The notes under the pieces are model-generated. The model saw nothing but the letters and a program-made list of their open reading frames with translations, did not search any database and was not told where the DNA came from. From positions 65,844,001 to 65,908,000 of the forward strand of contig NC_043002.1 in NCBI RefSeq assembly GCF_006345805.1: DNA of 64,000 nucleotides, written 5' to 3'. The translations under genes and the position numbers were made by a program. Below are positions 34,849 through 47,386 of this stretch, one piece after another; the stretch's first letter is position 1, and each line of letters begins with the position of its first letter. This DNA comes from Octopus sinensis. Taxonomy: Eukaryota.

Positions 34849-35820
34849 TTTTCACGTACAAAATATTAATTAACCAATAGTTACAATAGAAAACACATGC
34901 CTAAAGTGCATTGATTGGACCTGACCTGTAACCAAGTGCTAACGGGACGACAGCCATATCTTTGTTCCCGCACAACCTCAGTATAAACCTTTATGAAAAC
35001 AACTAACTGCTCGCTATATAATAAACGTATAAATAGATGGTTCGTTTGAGCTCTAGTAGAATTCGTCCGACAGTTCAATATATAATGTCATAAATCTTAC
35101 TTCTAAATTACGATGTCGATGGGCAATGTAAATACGTAGAAATTCTCTGGAAATACAGGGTGAGCCAAAAGTCACGAAAATGTATGGCCCGCCCTGCAGA
35201 ACTGGCTTTTTTTTATGGCCAAAATGTTTCTTGGCATATTGGAATATTAAGAATCAAATTTGCTAATGTCGGCGAAAGTTCCCTGATTTAAAGGAAGCGG
35301 TAATTGACCACACAGAGATGCCTGACTTTTCTCTGACTAAACCAGTTTCGATATAAAATGTATTAACCCGATTCCCATACATTACGAGGTAGAGACAAAG
35401 TTAGCACAGTACAATATCCCACTGAGACACAACAAACTGAAGACAAATCCGAACGACAAAGTCGAGTTAGTAACATTTACAACCATGTCACAAAAACATT
35501 GTAGGCGACAGTAAATGTCAAACACGACCATCGGTACTGCATGAACATAAACAACATTGAAACGCTATAATCTGCAGAAACTCACTGACGTGAAAGGGAG
35601 TGAGTGTTTTGCCGAAAAATACTAGTTCACTGTTACTCCACCCAAAAGATAAACGTCCAAATAATGAAAAATCAAAAATGGATATTTACTTCAGAAAAAA
35701 AAGAGGTACCACTCATACCAATAACAGGCACCAACTGAATAATATCAAACATGCGGTAAGGCATGTATGATCTTCGACCCTCCACAGCTGTGTCATACAC
35801 ACAATATATAAGTTAACGTA

Positions 35821-36030
35821 GGCGCAGGAGTGGCTGTGTGGTAAGAAGCTTGTTTCCCAACCACATGGTTCCGGGTTTAGTCCCACTGCGTAGCACCTTG
35901 GGCAAGTGTCTTCTACTGGGGCCGACCAAATGCTTTGGAGCCTTGGGCCGACCAAATTCTTGTGAGAGGACTTGGTAGACGGAAACTAAAAGAAGCCTGT
36001 CACACACGCACACACACACATACACACATA
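35821..36030 (+). mobile_element. SINE family A 5' half with internal duplication
   Basis: ggcgcaggagtggctgtgtggtaag head; gggccgaccaaa occurs twice. Confidence 0.85.
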
Positions 36031-36043
36031 TATGTATATATAT

Positions 36044-36225
<182 letters not shown>

Positions 36226-36240
36226 ATATATATATATATA

Positions 36241-38115
36241 TATACAAATATATAATATATGTCCGTCTTTAAGTTCTGAGTTCAAATTCCGCCGAGGTCG
36301 ACTTTGCCTTTCATTTTTATTTTTTGTTTTTTCGGAATCGATAAATAATGTACCAGTTAAGTAGTGGGATCAATGTAATCGATTTAACCCCACCCTTAGA
36401 ATTTCGGGTCTTGTGCCTATAGTAGAAAGGATTATTATGAAACGGCTTTTTAAAACGGCGAGTTTACTACACCTGTTTGTTTTATACGGTTTAGTTTCAT
36501 GTTTCTTGTTTAGTCTGTTGTATGTTCTGTTTTGTATGCTGAGTATAATGTCAGTTGTGTTATTTTATGGGCCCTTAATCGTTTTAGTACACGTTGCGCG
36601 AATTGTGTCGTTTTAGATTATTAGGTGCTTATTCTACAAGATGTGTGTTGGGTTTGCAGACGACTCTATTCGAACTGTTCCTATTGTTCCTAGCAGCTAT
36701 TTTGGGGGCAGTGCGTAGTGTGTGAGCTCTTGCATGGCTTCTATGTTTCCTTTCAAATTTTATTATTATTCATTAATTTTTACAAGGAAAGGGTTGATTG
36801 TGACATCAAAGTTTGGTGACGGTTAATAGACAGAACTTCGAATTCACTGTCAAACATTTCCTTGTAAAAATTAAAAGGTAACGCGCGTTCCTCAATTCAT
36901 AGTTAAATTGTTTCTATAGATGTTTCACATAAGAAAACGTTTATATACAATGCAAACACACAAACACACACACATATATATAGTACAAAAGTTAAGGGTT
37001 ATCAAGTTCAGTAAGGAACGTTTCTGAAGGGCATATGGCTAGGTCAGCTCACAGTCCTCGGGGTGAGTTGGCAAGTTGTAAAACAAAATAAACAATAAAT
37101 ACTTTCTCTTATCTTCAAAACTCCACCCGGCTTTACTCTAGACACACACACACACATAAGTTTTATATATATATACAAATATATATATATATGTCCGTCT
37201 TTAAGTTCTGAGTTCAAATTCCGCCGAGGTCGACTTTGCCTTTCATTTTTATTTTTTGTTTTTCGGAATCGATAAATAATGTACCAGTTAAGTAGTGGGA
37301 TCAATGTAATCGATTTAACCCCACCCTTAGAATTTCGGGTCTTGTGCCTATAGTAGAAAGGATTATTATGAAACGGCTTTTTAAAACGGCGAGTTTACTA
37401 CACCTGTTTGTTTTATACGGTTTAGTTTCATGTTTCTTGTTTAGTCTGTTGTATGTTCTGTTTTGTATGCTGAGTATAATGTCAGTTGTGTTATTTTATG
37501 GGCCCTTAATCGTTTATAGTACACGTTGCGCGAATTGTGTCGTTTTAGATTATTAGGTGCTTATTCTACAAGGATGTGTGTTGGGTTTGCAGACGACTCT
37601 ATTCGAACTGTTCTATTGTTCCTAGCAGAGCTATTTTGGGGGCAGTGCGTAGTGGTGTGAGCTCTTGCATGGCTTCTATGTTTCCTTTCAAATTTTATTA
37701 TTATTCATTAATTTTTACAAGGAAAGGGTTGATTGTGACATCAAAGTTTGGTGACGGTTAATTAGACAGAACTTCGAATTCACTGTCAAACATTTCCTTG
37801 TAAAAATTAAAAGGTAACGCGCGTTCCTCAATTCATAGTTAAATTGTTTCTATAGATGTTTCACATAAGAAAACGTTTATATACAATGCAAACACACAAA
37901 CACACACACATATATATAGTACAAAAGTTAAGGGTTATCAAGTTCAGTAAGGAACGTTTCTGAAGGGCATATGGCTAGGTCAGCTCACAGTCCTCGGGGT
38001 GAGTTGGCAAGTTGTAAAACAAAATATAAACAATAAATACTTTCTCTTATCTTCAGAAACTCCACCCGGCTTTACTCTAGACAACACACACACACATATA
38101 GTTTTATATATATAT
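36241..38115. repeat. ~932-bp tandem duplication (2 copies)
   Basis: Copies start at 36261 and 37193 (gtccgtctttaagttctgag); ORFs 36413 and 37344 share an identical N-terminal 57 aa; junctions lie in TA-rich tracts. Confidence 0.95.
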
Positions 38116-38358
38116 ACATATATATACATAATAATAATAATAGTAATAATAATAATAATAATAATAATGTTGATGATGATGATGATGATAATATATACAT
38201 ATATATATATGTATGTATGTATATATGTGTACGTGCATATGTGTGTGTATGCATGTATGTATGTATGTATGTATGTATGTATATGTATGTATGTGTATGT
38301 ATTTGTAGGTGTATGTATACATGCATGCATAAAAACATAGACATACGTACATATATGT

Positions 38359-38672
38359 AGGAGCACTCCGTCGGTTACGACGACGAGGGTCCCAGCTGAT
38401 ACGATCAACGGAACAGCTTGTTCGTGAAATTAACGTGCAAGTGACTGAGCAATCCACAGACACGTGTACCACTAACGTAGTTCTCATGGAGACTCAGCCT
38501 GACACAGAGCGTGACAAAGCCGGCCCTTTGAATACAAGTACTACTCATTCTTGCAAGCTGAGTGGACTGGAGCAACGTGAAATAAAGTGTCTTGCTCAAG
38601 GACACAACGCATCGCCGGGAATCGAACTCACGACGGTAAGATCGTGAGTCGAATGCCCTAACCACTAAGCCA
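38359..38672 (-). mobile_element. SINE family C, full length
   Basis: gtggcttagtggttagggcattcgactc..gagttcgattccc head; CORE-like gtgtccttgagcaagacactttatttcacgttgctccagtccactcagc. Confidence 0.9.
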
Positions 38673-38699
38673 CTTTTTTTTACATATATGTACGTATAA

Positions 38700-39538
38700 T
38701 ATTAGTCGTGTTGAAGAGCCTTAGGGTCGTAGTTGAGAAAAATTTAGCCGACATGGAGGATTTGAAGCCATTTGCATACTGAAAATGGACGACCGGTAGC
38801 TCATTCGCGGTGTGTATACAACTGCTGACATCGTGACTGCTGCTCAATACTCGGTGAACACTGTAAAGGCTGTAACATGTTGCATGGACGTCATGAAAAC
38901 CAAATTTCCCTCAAACGGTGATGCTCTTTGGGTGTGTTTCCGTTGAAGGTGAAGGCAGCATCATGCCACCCTAAATCTTTGAAAAACACCTTAGGCTTAA
39001 TTTAGACGGCCGTGTGAAGCTGTGGAGACTAATGTCAAAACTTGGCTGATGAGGGTTACTGGTGAAAGGCCAAATGTGAGACAGCAAGATTCGGTTCCTT
39101 GCCATACCTCCGGAAAGAATCAGTAGTGGTTATCGAAGAATTTCTACGACTTGACCAGCCCCAATTTCTCGCCTCCTAATTCCCTTGATTGTAAACCCAT
39201 TGACTACTATGTGTAGCTCAGAGGGAAAGACACCAGCCGCTCTGCCTGCAACACCAGAGCCGAACTGGTGGCCAAGATCAAGAAAGTATTCGAAGAACTT
39301 CCCAGGGTCACAATAAGGAGTGCATGCGCCAGTTTCCGAAGATGTCTTGAGACCGTGGTTGATACTGAGGGCAGCCACTTTGAGTAAACTGTTATTTCCC
39401 AGCCATAATCTAGTTGAACATTTTTGATTTTTTTAAATATACTTCTTTTTGCTTTCTGTTTTTGTTTTGTTTTGTTTTTATGGGATATTGTGTTTTCTTT
39501 ACCTTTTAGGCAAATTGTCAAATTTAACCCGAACACCT
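38700..39538 (+). mobile_element. maT-type (DD37D) transposon relic
   Basis: QQDSVPCH followed by 37 residues then D in LDCKPIDYY; stops and frameshifts; right end aacccgaacacct|ta. Confidence 0.75.
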
Positions 39539-39914
39539 TATATGTGCTCTTCTAACGAGTAGACAGCTAGTGTGTGTGTGTGTGTTGCGTTGCGCTATGT
39601 ATGTCTAAAACGAGGTCATACAATTTCTTCATCTCGTCAGCTTTCGCGAATAAATTACTGGAAATTCTAAAGGTAATAAACATTCTCCTAGCTTCCTTGT
39701 GTTTGCTCCCAAAAATTCCACATTCCACCCAGTCGTTTTTTTACTCCTTATTTTTTCCATTCGCCCATTATCTCCATTTTAAACTCTAATAACCGGAGAG
39801 ACATCTTGATAATTAAGTCAAGTTCCAGTTTGAGTGCCGGTGATATTAGACCTTACCCAACCGATCCGATACTTCCGCTGTCATGGGTCTTGTTTATTCT
39901 TCTGTCTATCAGGT

Positions 39915-39961
39915 GGATGCTTGATAAATCAACTTCCCGGGGAAACTCCGGGGTAGCAGCC
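39915..39961 (+). ncRNA. Hammerhead motif, U3:A8 variant, poorly paired stem II
   Basis: ggatgc-TTGATAA-atcaacttcccggg-GAAAC-tccggg-GTA-gcagcc; stem I 5 of 6 pairs; near-palindromic stem III. Confidence 0.55.
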
Positions 39962-40062
39962 GAATGGTTCAGCTGAATAATATATAAATTCTTACTCGTT
40001 TATTGCTTCTACGTATACATTTATATATATGTATATATATGTGTATATATTTATACGTATAC

Positions 40063-40098
<36 letters not shown>

Positions 40099-40109
40099 TA
40101 TTGTATATT

Positions 40110-40157
<48 letters not shown>

Positions 40158-40409
40158 GATATATATGCATATATATGTAGGGAGTCGTGTATCAATGTAT
40201 ATGTATGTGTATGTGTGGTGTATATAGTGTGTATATATGTATAATATGTATATATATATATATATATGTGGGTGTGTGTGTGTGTGCATATGATTATATA
40301 AATAATACATGTGCACATGTATGTATATATGAATACATGTGCATATGTGTTCGTGTCTGTTATATGTATGTATTAAGTATGTAACTATGTATTTATGTAT
40401 ATGCATGAG

Positions 40410-40469
<60 letters not shown>

Positions 40470-41034
40470 TGTGTGTGTATGCATATATTAATATATATAT
40501 ATATATGTGTATATGAGTGTGTGAGAGTATGTATATGTATATGTATGTGTATATGTATGTATCTATATATATATATGTGTGTGTGTGTGTTGTGTGTGTG
40601 TGTGTGTGTGTGTATGTGTGTATGTATATATATTTTATACATATACACACACACACAACTGTGTGTGAGTATACGTGTGTGCGCGCATGGATAAACATAC
40701 AGGCAGACACAGGTAAACATACAGACAGACAATGAAGCAGGTAAGTAGACAGACAGGTAGCCAGTGAACTTAATAAACTGTTTAAAACAATTAACGCAAC
40801 GAATAATAAATAATACAGCATTATGAGCGAAAGGGTAGAAAAAAAGGTAAAAGAAAGATTACGAAATAGACACAAGGTGAAACAAATAACGAAATAGAAA
40901 ACAGTCATTAAAATAACTTTTACAAACAAGCATGTATTTACTCAGACAGAAATCCATTACTAACGAAAGCGGCACACAGACGTATAGAATGCTATAGAGG
41001 TTCAGAGAAAGTATTAAGAAAGAACGTATATATA

Positions 41035-42285
41035 CGAGGGGGTACCCAAAAGAAACCGGAATTTGGAATATTATTTTAGTCAAAGAGCGGCGAGCTGGCA
41101 GAATTGTTAGCACGCCCGGTGAAATACTAGTCTGCCGCTGCGTTCTTAGTTCAAATTCCGCCGAGATCAACTTTGCCTTTAAATCCTTTCGAGGTTGATG
41201 AAATAAATTCCGGTTACGTACTAGGAACGATGTAATCGACTAGCCCCTTTCCCCAAAAAGTTTTCAAGGCCTTGTGCCTAGAGTAGAATTAATTATTTTA
41301 AGGTGACGAGCTGGCAGAAATGTTAGCACGCCAGGCAAAATGCTTTGTGGTTTTTTGTCTGTCTTTACGTTCTGGGTTCAAATTCCACCGGGGTCGACTT
41401 TAACTTTCATCCTTTAGGGGGTCGATAAATTAAGTACCAGTTGCGTACTGGAGTCGATCTAATCGACTGGCCTCCTCCCAAAAAATTTCGAGCCTTGTTC
41501 CTAGAGTTGAAAAGAATATTTTATTCACTTAATTTTACATGTTTACACTTTTATCGCCTCCAAAGTGTTCTCCATTTGAAGCACTGCATCGCTTCACGCG
41601 CGTTTTCCGCTGTTGGAAGCAGTGCTGGAACTCTTGCGAAATATTTCCTTTTAACGCCGCCGTCTTTATTTTTTATCCACCTCTTCCATATCTGCAAACT
41701 CCGTAGCCCCAGTTTTCATTACCAGTGATGGCCTTCGAAAAAAAGGTTCGGATCAACTTCCAACTGTTCTTTCAGTTCACGACACGCATTCAGTCTTGGC
41801 TGCTTTTGATCTTCCGTGAGCAAGCGAGGCACAGATTTTCCTGCGATTATTTTCATTCGCAAGTTTTGTTAGCAGGATCTCCAGGACACACATCAGCCAT
41901 ATCAACAAGTTCATCAATTGTTCGGTGACGGTTCTCCAAGATCAGTTTACGAATATTCATGATGTTTTCATTCGTTCGGGAGGTCGACGGTCGCTTAGAA
42001 CGAGTTTAGTATTCAAGCGACTAGTGACCATTCCTAAAGCGTACAAATCACTCGTAAACTTTCTTGGTTCATGGCAGCGTTCTTGTAAGCTGTTTGAAAT
42101 ATGAAAACTGTTTCGACTGCTTTTTTCCCCAGTAGAAAACAGAACTTTACGGAAGCAAATTGTTCCTTCGTTTAATCCATTACAAAAATCGACGAACAAG
42201 GGAGAAGCACTGCAAAACAATGACGCACCACGTGGATGTACGACGTCAGTCGACGATGCCTGAGGGTCGCATCAGGTGTTTTGTG
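41035..42285 (-). mobile_element. Internally deleted mariner relic interrupted by two SINE B monomers (41083-41520)
   Basis: End ta-cgagggggtacccaaaagaaaccggaat; minus-strand fragments KFCFLLGK, VPRLLTEDQKQ, ELKEQLEVDP. Confidence 0.7.
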
Positions 42286-42289
42286 GCGG

Positions 42290-42450
42290 CGGAAGCCTGA
42301 AAAATTGCTGCTTCCCAACCACATGGTTCCGGCTTCAGTCCCACTGCGGAGCACCTCGGGCAAATGTGTTCTACTTTAGCCTCAAGCTGATCAAAACGTT
42401 TTGAGTGGATTTGGAAACTGAAAGAAACCCGTCGCATATGTGCGTGTGCC
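42290..42450 (+). mobile_element. SINE family A 5' half
   Basis: ttcccaaccacatggttccggcttcagtccc..gaaactgaaagaaacccgtc. Confidence 0.8.
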
Positions 42451-42452
42451 TT

Positions 42453-42510
<58 letters not shown>

Positions 42511-42610
42511 GTGTGTGTTTGTGTTTGTCAAATACTTCTAGAGAAGAACGAAAACGCTAATAATAATGAAGAAATAAAAAGATTTTTTCCTCCAAATTCT
42601 GACGACTTTG

Positions 42611-42719
<109 letters not shown>

Positions 42720-42727
42720 TATATATA

Positions 42728-42997
42728 CAGTGGTGGACTGGGTCTAAATATATTGGTTGCCAGGAACTATGGGAGCCCACCCGCATCTGCAATGCTATCA
42801 TTTAATTTTTTTTTTTTAAACTATTCTTTTCAACTGTCTACAAACACAGCAAGGCTGAAATAATCAATATATTATTTCAGAAGTGAATACAAAAATTCTC
42901 AAACTTGATACTAACATAAGCCCTCATATATGGATTCTAATGGCGTAAGGGCCCACTTACCATCGGGCAAGCCGGCAACCTGGCCAGTCCGCCACTG
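42728..42997. mobile_element. hAT-like MITE (270 bp) inserted in (TA)n
   Basis: 14-bp TIR cagtggtggactgg / ccagtccgccactg; tatatata on both sides. Confidence 0.8.
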
Positions 42998-43062
42998 TAT
43001 ATATATATATATACTTTATTATTATTAAAGCTGCCAAAACATCACAAAAGTATCACAAAAAA

Positions 43063-43100
43063 CTGCTACTCAGAGTTTTACGCTCTCGTTCGTCGGATGG
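43063..43100 (-). ncRNA. Degenerate hammerhead, same family as 13799
   Basis: CCGACGA-acg agag cgt-AAAA-CTCTGAG-TA; core mutated. Confidence 0.5.
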
Positions 43101-43240
43101 TTTAGATTGAGAATCAAGGTATTGATCGATCCAGGGTTATATTGTCCCGGTTGCTGCACAGTAGAATCGAACCGAAAACCACATGATTGCAAATGGAGCT
43201 TCGTAACCACACAGCCACGCCTGTCTTTATCTATTTACAC

Positions 43241-43486
43241 CAGTGGTTCTCAACCATTTTTTGTCCAGAGACCTCTTTGATTTCTATTTTACTCATAGCT
43301 ATTCGATGTTTAAGGAATTCTGTTATATTTTTATAATTATATATTATTAAGAAATGCATATTAAAAAATGTGAATATGTTTTGTGTATCATAGAAATATA
43401 ACCAATTTATTGCACATGAATAAATTTTAACAACAAAAGTTTTACAGGGTCCTTGGGGGTCACTGGACCCTGATTGGGGACCTCTG
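43241..43486. mobile_element. hAT (Charlie-like) MITE
   Basis: cagtggttctcaacc / gattggggacctctg ends; 8-bp TSD atttacac / atttatac. Confidence 0.75.
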
Positions 43487-43774
43487 ATTTATACCATAAT
43501 GACGATAATGCCTTTGCTTGTAGGTCCACAGGATGAATGATAAATCTACAGCTTTGTTACAACTACAACACATATTTTAGGTTTCATCACTTAAATTTTA
43601 TAATGTCATATTTTTACTCGTTTTGCATAACAGTGAAGTCGACCAATTTCCTTCATCTTACATTGATCTCTATAAAATCGTAATTTCTTTTCATACCCCT
43701 TCTGTCTCCGTTAGTAGCAAATACCACGTTGGTAGCAGACACCACTAGAACGTACTTGAATACTAATTCTTGAC

Positions 43775-44250
43775 CTAGTACAGAGAGATGAAAGTGTGAC
43801 GCCGTAGTAGGAAGGTGAGAAGGGTGCTATGTGAAGCTGAGCTAGAAGGAAAGAATGAACAGGTAGAAGGATGAGATACTTGGGTGGGTTAGCGATTTAT
43901 GGGTGGGGAAACCAAAGGCTAAGAAGGAAAGATGGTAGAACTGAGCAATGAAGAGAAACCCGTGGTGAACTGACGATGTGAAAAACTGAAAACTGAAAAA
44001 TGAAGAATATTAAAAAACTTTCTTAGGAAAATTAGAAAATGAAATTAAAATGAAATGAAAAGATGGCGAGAATCTGAGATAATAATATAAATATATTATA
44101 TGAAAAGTAAACAGTGAGGAGGTTTTTGGAAATCCTCGTTTGAAAAAACCCAGAAAGTTTTCTGTGCTTCTAGCTCAGCTTTATTTCTCTTAACATATCA
44201 CCACCTTTCATCATCCTACATCGGCGTCACCTGTCATCGCTCTGTACTAG
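43775..44250. repeat. Fold-back element with ~80 bp diverged inverted arms
   Basis: 43775-43848 versus reverse complement of 44167-44250 (ctagtacagag..gtgacgccg..aagctgagctagaag). Confidence 0.75.
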
Positions 44251-44578
44251 ACCACAACCATGTTGCCTGAGATACGCCAATATCTTTTGCTAATTCTTAA
44301 TTCTGTATAACATATAAGTTTAAATTAGATTCCGTCCTTGAAATATTGCTCTGCTTTCTGATCATATAAACAAGTATCTCATTGAGTTGTGAGTGAAGTC
44401 TGTCGTACTCTTTAATGACATTTTTTTCTCGAAAATGATTCTAATGTATCCAGTTTCACTTTCGTCCAATTACGAATTCTAAAGGAACAGGATTTGTGGC
44501 AGACGAAGCGTGTACGAGTAATTAAACGAATAATTTGGCATTCATATTTGTTTTTAAAATATACATTTGTATCTGTTA

Positions 44579-44599
<21 letters not shown>

Positions 44600-44625
<26 letters not shown>

Positions 44626-44626
44626 T

Positions 44627-44713
<87 letters not shown>

Positions 44714-44722
44714 AACAGATAC

Positions 44723-44755
<33 letters not shown>

Positions 44756-44796
44756 TACATAGATAGATAGACAGCCAGACAGACAGACAGACAGAC

Positions 44797-44868
<72 letters not shown>

Positions 44869-45010
44869 TGATAGATAGATGGACGAAAGACAGACGAAGG
44901 GACAGACTTACAGACAGACAGACGAAGGGACAGACTGACAGACAGACATAGAAAGAAAGAGAGAGAAAGAGAGAGAGAGAAAGAAAGAGAGAGAGAGAAA
45001 GAGAAAGAGA
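44600..45010. repeat. Compound (GA)n, (GACA)n, (GATA)n microsatellite
   Basis: Direct reading. Confidence 0.95.
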
Positions 45011-45581
45011 TTCTTATATAACATGTGACAAACTTCAGTATATCCGGAAGTTGATATTTCTGTAATGGCAGAGTACACATGGTCATGAAAAAAATACGCT
45101 GCCACAGTTGATATTTTAGGCCCAGTAACATGTGAAAGACATACACGTTTAAGAACTAAAGCGATCTGTTGAAAGGAAGTCTTTTTCGTTGTACTTTAAG
45201 ACACATACACAGATGTACATACATACATACGTACATACATACAGGTATACTTACACACATACACACATATCCGCTTACCCTTTTACTAGTTTCAGTCATT
45301 TGATTGCGGCCAAGCTGGGGCACTACCTTAAGGGGTTTTAGTCGAACAAATCAACTCCAGAACTTATTCTTTGTAAGCCTAGTGTTCTATGGGTCTCTTT
45401 GGCCGAACCGCTAAGTTACATGGGCATAAACAAACCAACACTGGTTTCCAGCTGTGGTAGGAGACAAATGCAACGGAGCACACACACGCACACATGCACA
45501 CGCGCATACACACACAAATGCAAACACCCACTCTACACACACTCACACATACCACACACACACACATATATATATATATAT

Positions 45582-45632
<51 letters not shown>

Positions 45633-45892
45633 GTTTTATGTATTGTTTATCGGATGAATGTATGGTCATCCTTTAATTGGAATTTTTTCCTAAGATTTCT
45701 AATGTCTTTTCTTCATACTTTAGTTTCGAATTTTCTTATATAAATTCGTTTATGTATGAAAGTTTGCATATAAATAATCAGTGTATGACTTAACTTATTA
45801 AACGAGGTTCAACAAATTCATTCATATATATGTAATGGAGGAAATTAAGTGTTAAAATGGATTATAGTTAAAATTTTTCATGTTGCTATACA

Positions 45893-45928
45893 ATTTTACT
45901 TTTCGAGCCTACGCTCTTCGACAGAGAG
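45893..45928 (-). ncRNA. Hammerhead-like motif with variant core
   Basis: CTGTCGA-a-GAGC gtag GCTC-GAAA-AGTA; same layout as 2088 but A6U and C15.2A. Confidence 0.4.
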
Positions 45929-46391
45929 GAACACAAAAATAAACATAGAGAGAAAATAGAAAAGAGTTTAGTGGCTAACGATCTATTTATATATATATAT
46001 ATATATATAAATTAAGCAGTAAATGGAGAAAATTTTTAATCAACACACAAATTGACTACACTCGATTATTATTTTTATATAAAAAAAAACTAAATATTTC
46101 TAACACCCGTTTCTGCTTCCAGTGTCTGTCGGTGCTGCCAAAGAAAATTCTGAGAATAATATTCGTCATATTCTACAGCACATCCGATCTAGTACATGGA
46201 GCTCCATTAGAGTGAAGACAAATACATAGAAATAGAAGAGAAGAGAAAAGAACAGGGCCTCGATATGAGTAAAGAGAGCTTAATATATTTGAATCATGCC
46301 ATGTAACGCTTGAAGTCAATGAGCAAAATATATAATAAAAGTAAATAATATAATATATATATATATAATATATATATATATATAATATATA

Positions 46392-46520
<129 letters not shown>

Positions 46521-46803
46521 CATACATGCACATATGGGTATAGGACGTCACCAACGGTTCAAACAACATGAAATACGTAAACGAATTAAATACGTAAGCA
46601 ACGAGAAAAATGGAAAACAGGACAAGTAAACACGCAGAAAGACCATTCATCAGTTGTCGGCTGTCTATCTACTCCTCATTTCGATCATTCAACGATTATA
46701 TGAGTCTTCAAAGACAGATGCTCCCAAAAATTCTAAAATAAAATTTAGAATTTATGGAGAGTCAAAGTCAGGAACAAAAAAGTGACATATACATATAACA
46801 AAC

Positions 46804-46876
<73 letters not shown>

Positions 46877-46877
46877 G

Positions 46878-46909
<32 letters not shown>

Positions 46910-47386
46910 TGTATGTATATATGTATGTAGTATGTATGTATGTATGTGTGTATGTATGTGTGTAGGTATGTATACACATATACATACATGCATGTAGATA
47001 TACACCCTTACACACGCGTGTACAATCCTACATACACATCTTTATATACATACACATACACACACATATCTAGACGTATACGAACTCGTTAGATACTTAT
47101 ATACAGTTGGGATGGTGGGCATATATGCACGTATACATATGCATACATATGTATATATATTTTAAAATATATGATTTCTAACTTACATAACTGGACATTC
47201 AGGTACATATTATTTTATAACATATACATACCTATACCCACATATGTACAGGCATATACATCTACATACTTACATACATACATAGATATATGCATACTCC
47301 ATATACACTTACGTGCATGCATATATATAGACACTTATATACATGCATACATACTTACATAAAGACACATTCACATATATGCATGA

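Noticed and set aside
38040-38075. CTGAAGA-taaga-GAAAGTA on the minus strand as a hammerhead
   Set aside because: No stem I, II or III pairing
44412-45170. Minus-strand open frames ([12 protein letters not shown].., [12 protein letters not shown]..) as exons
   Set aside because: No recognisable domain, weak or phase-incompatible donors; may be antisense shadows of + strand coding relics
46620-46700. CTGATGA and GAAA on the minus strand as a type II hammerhead (also 60190-60220)
   Set aside because: Could not build stems I and III with a valid NUH site
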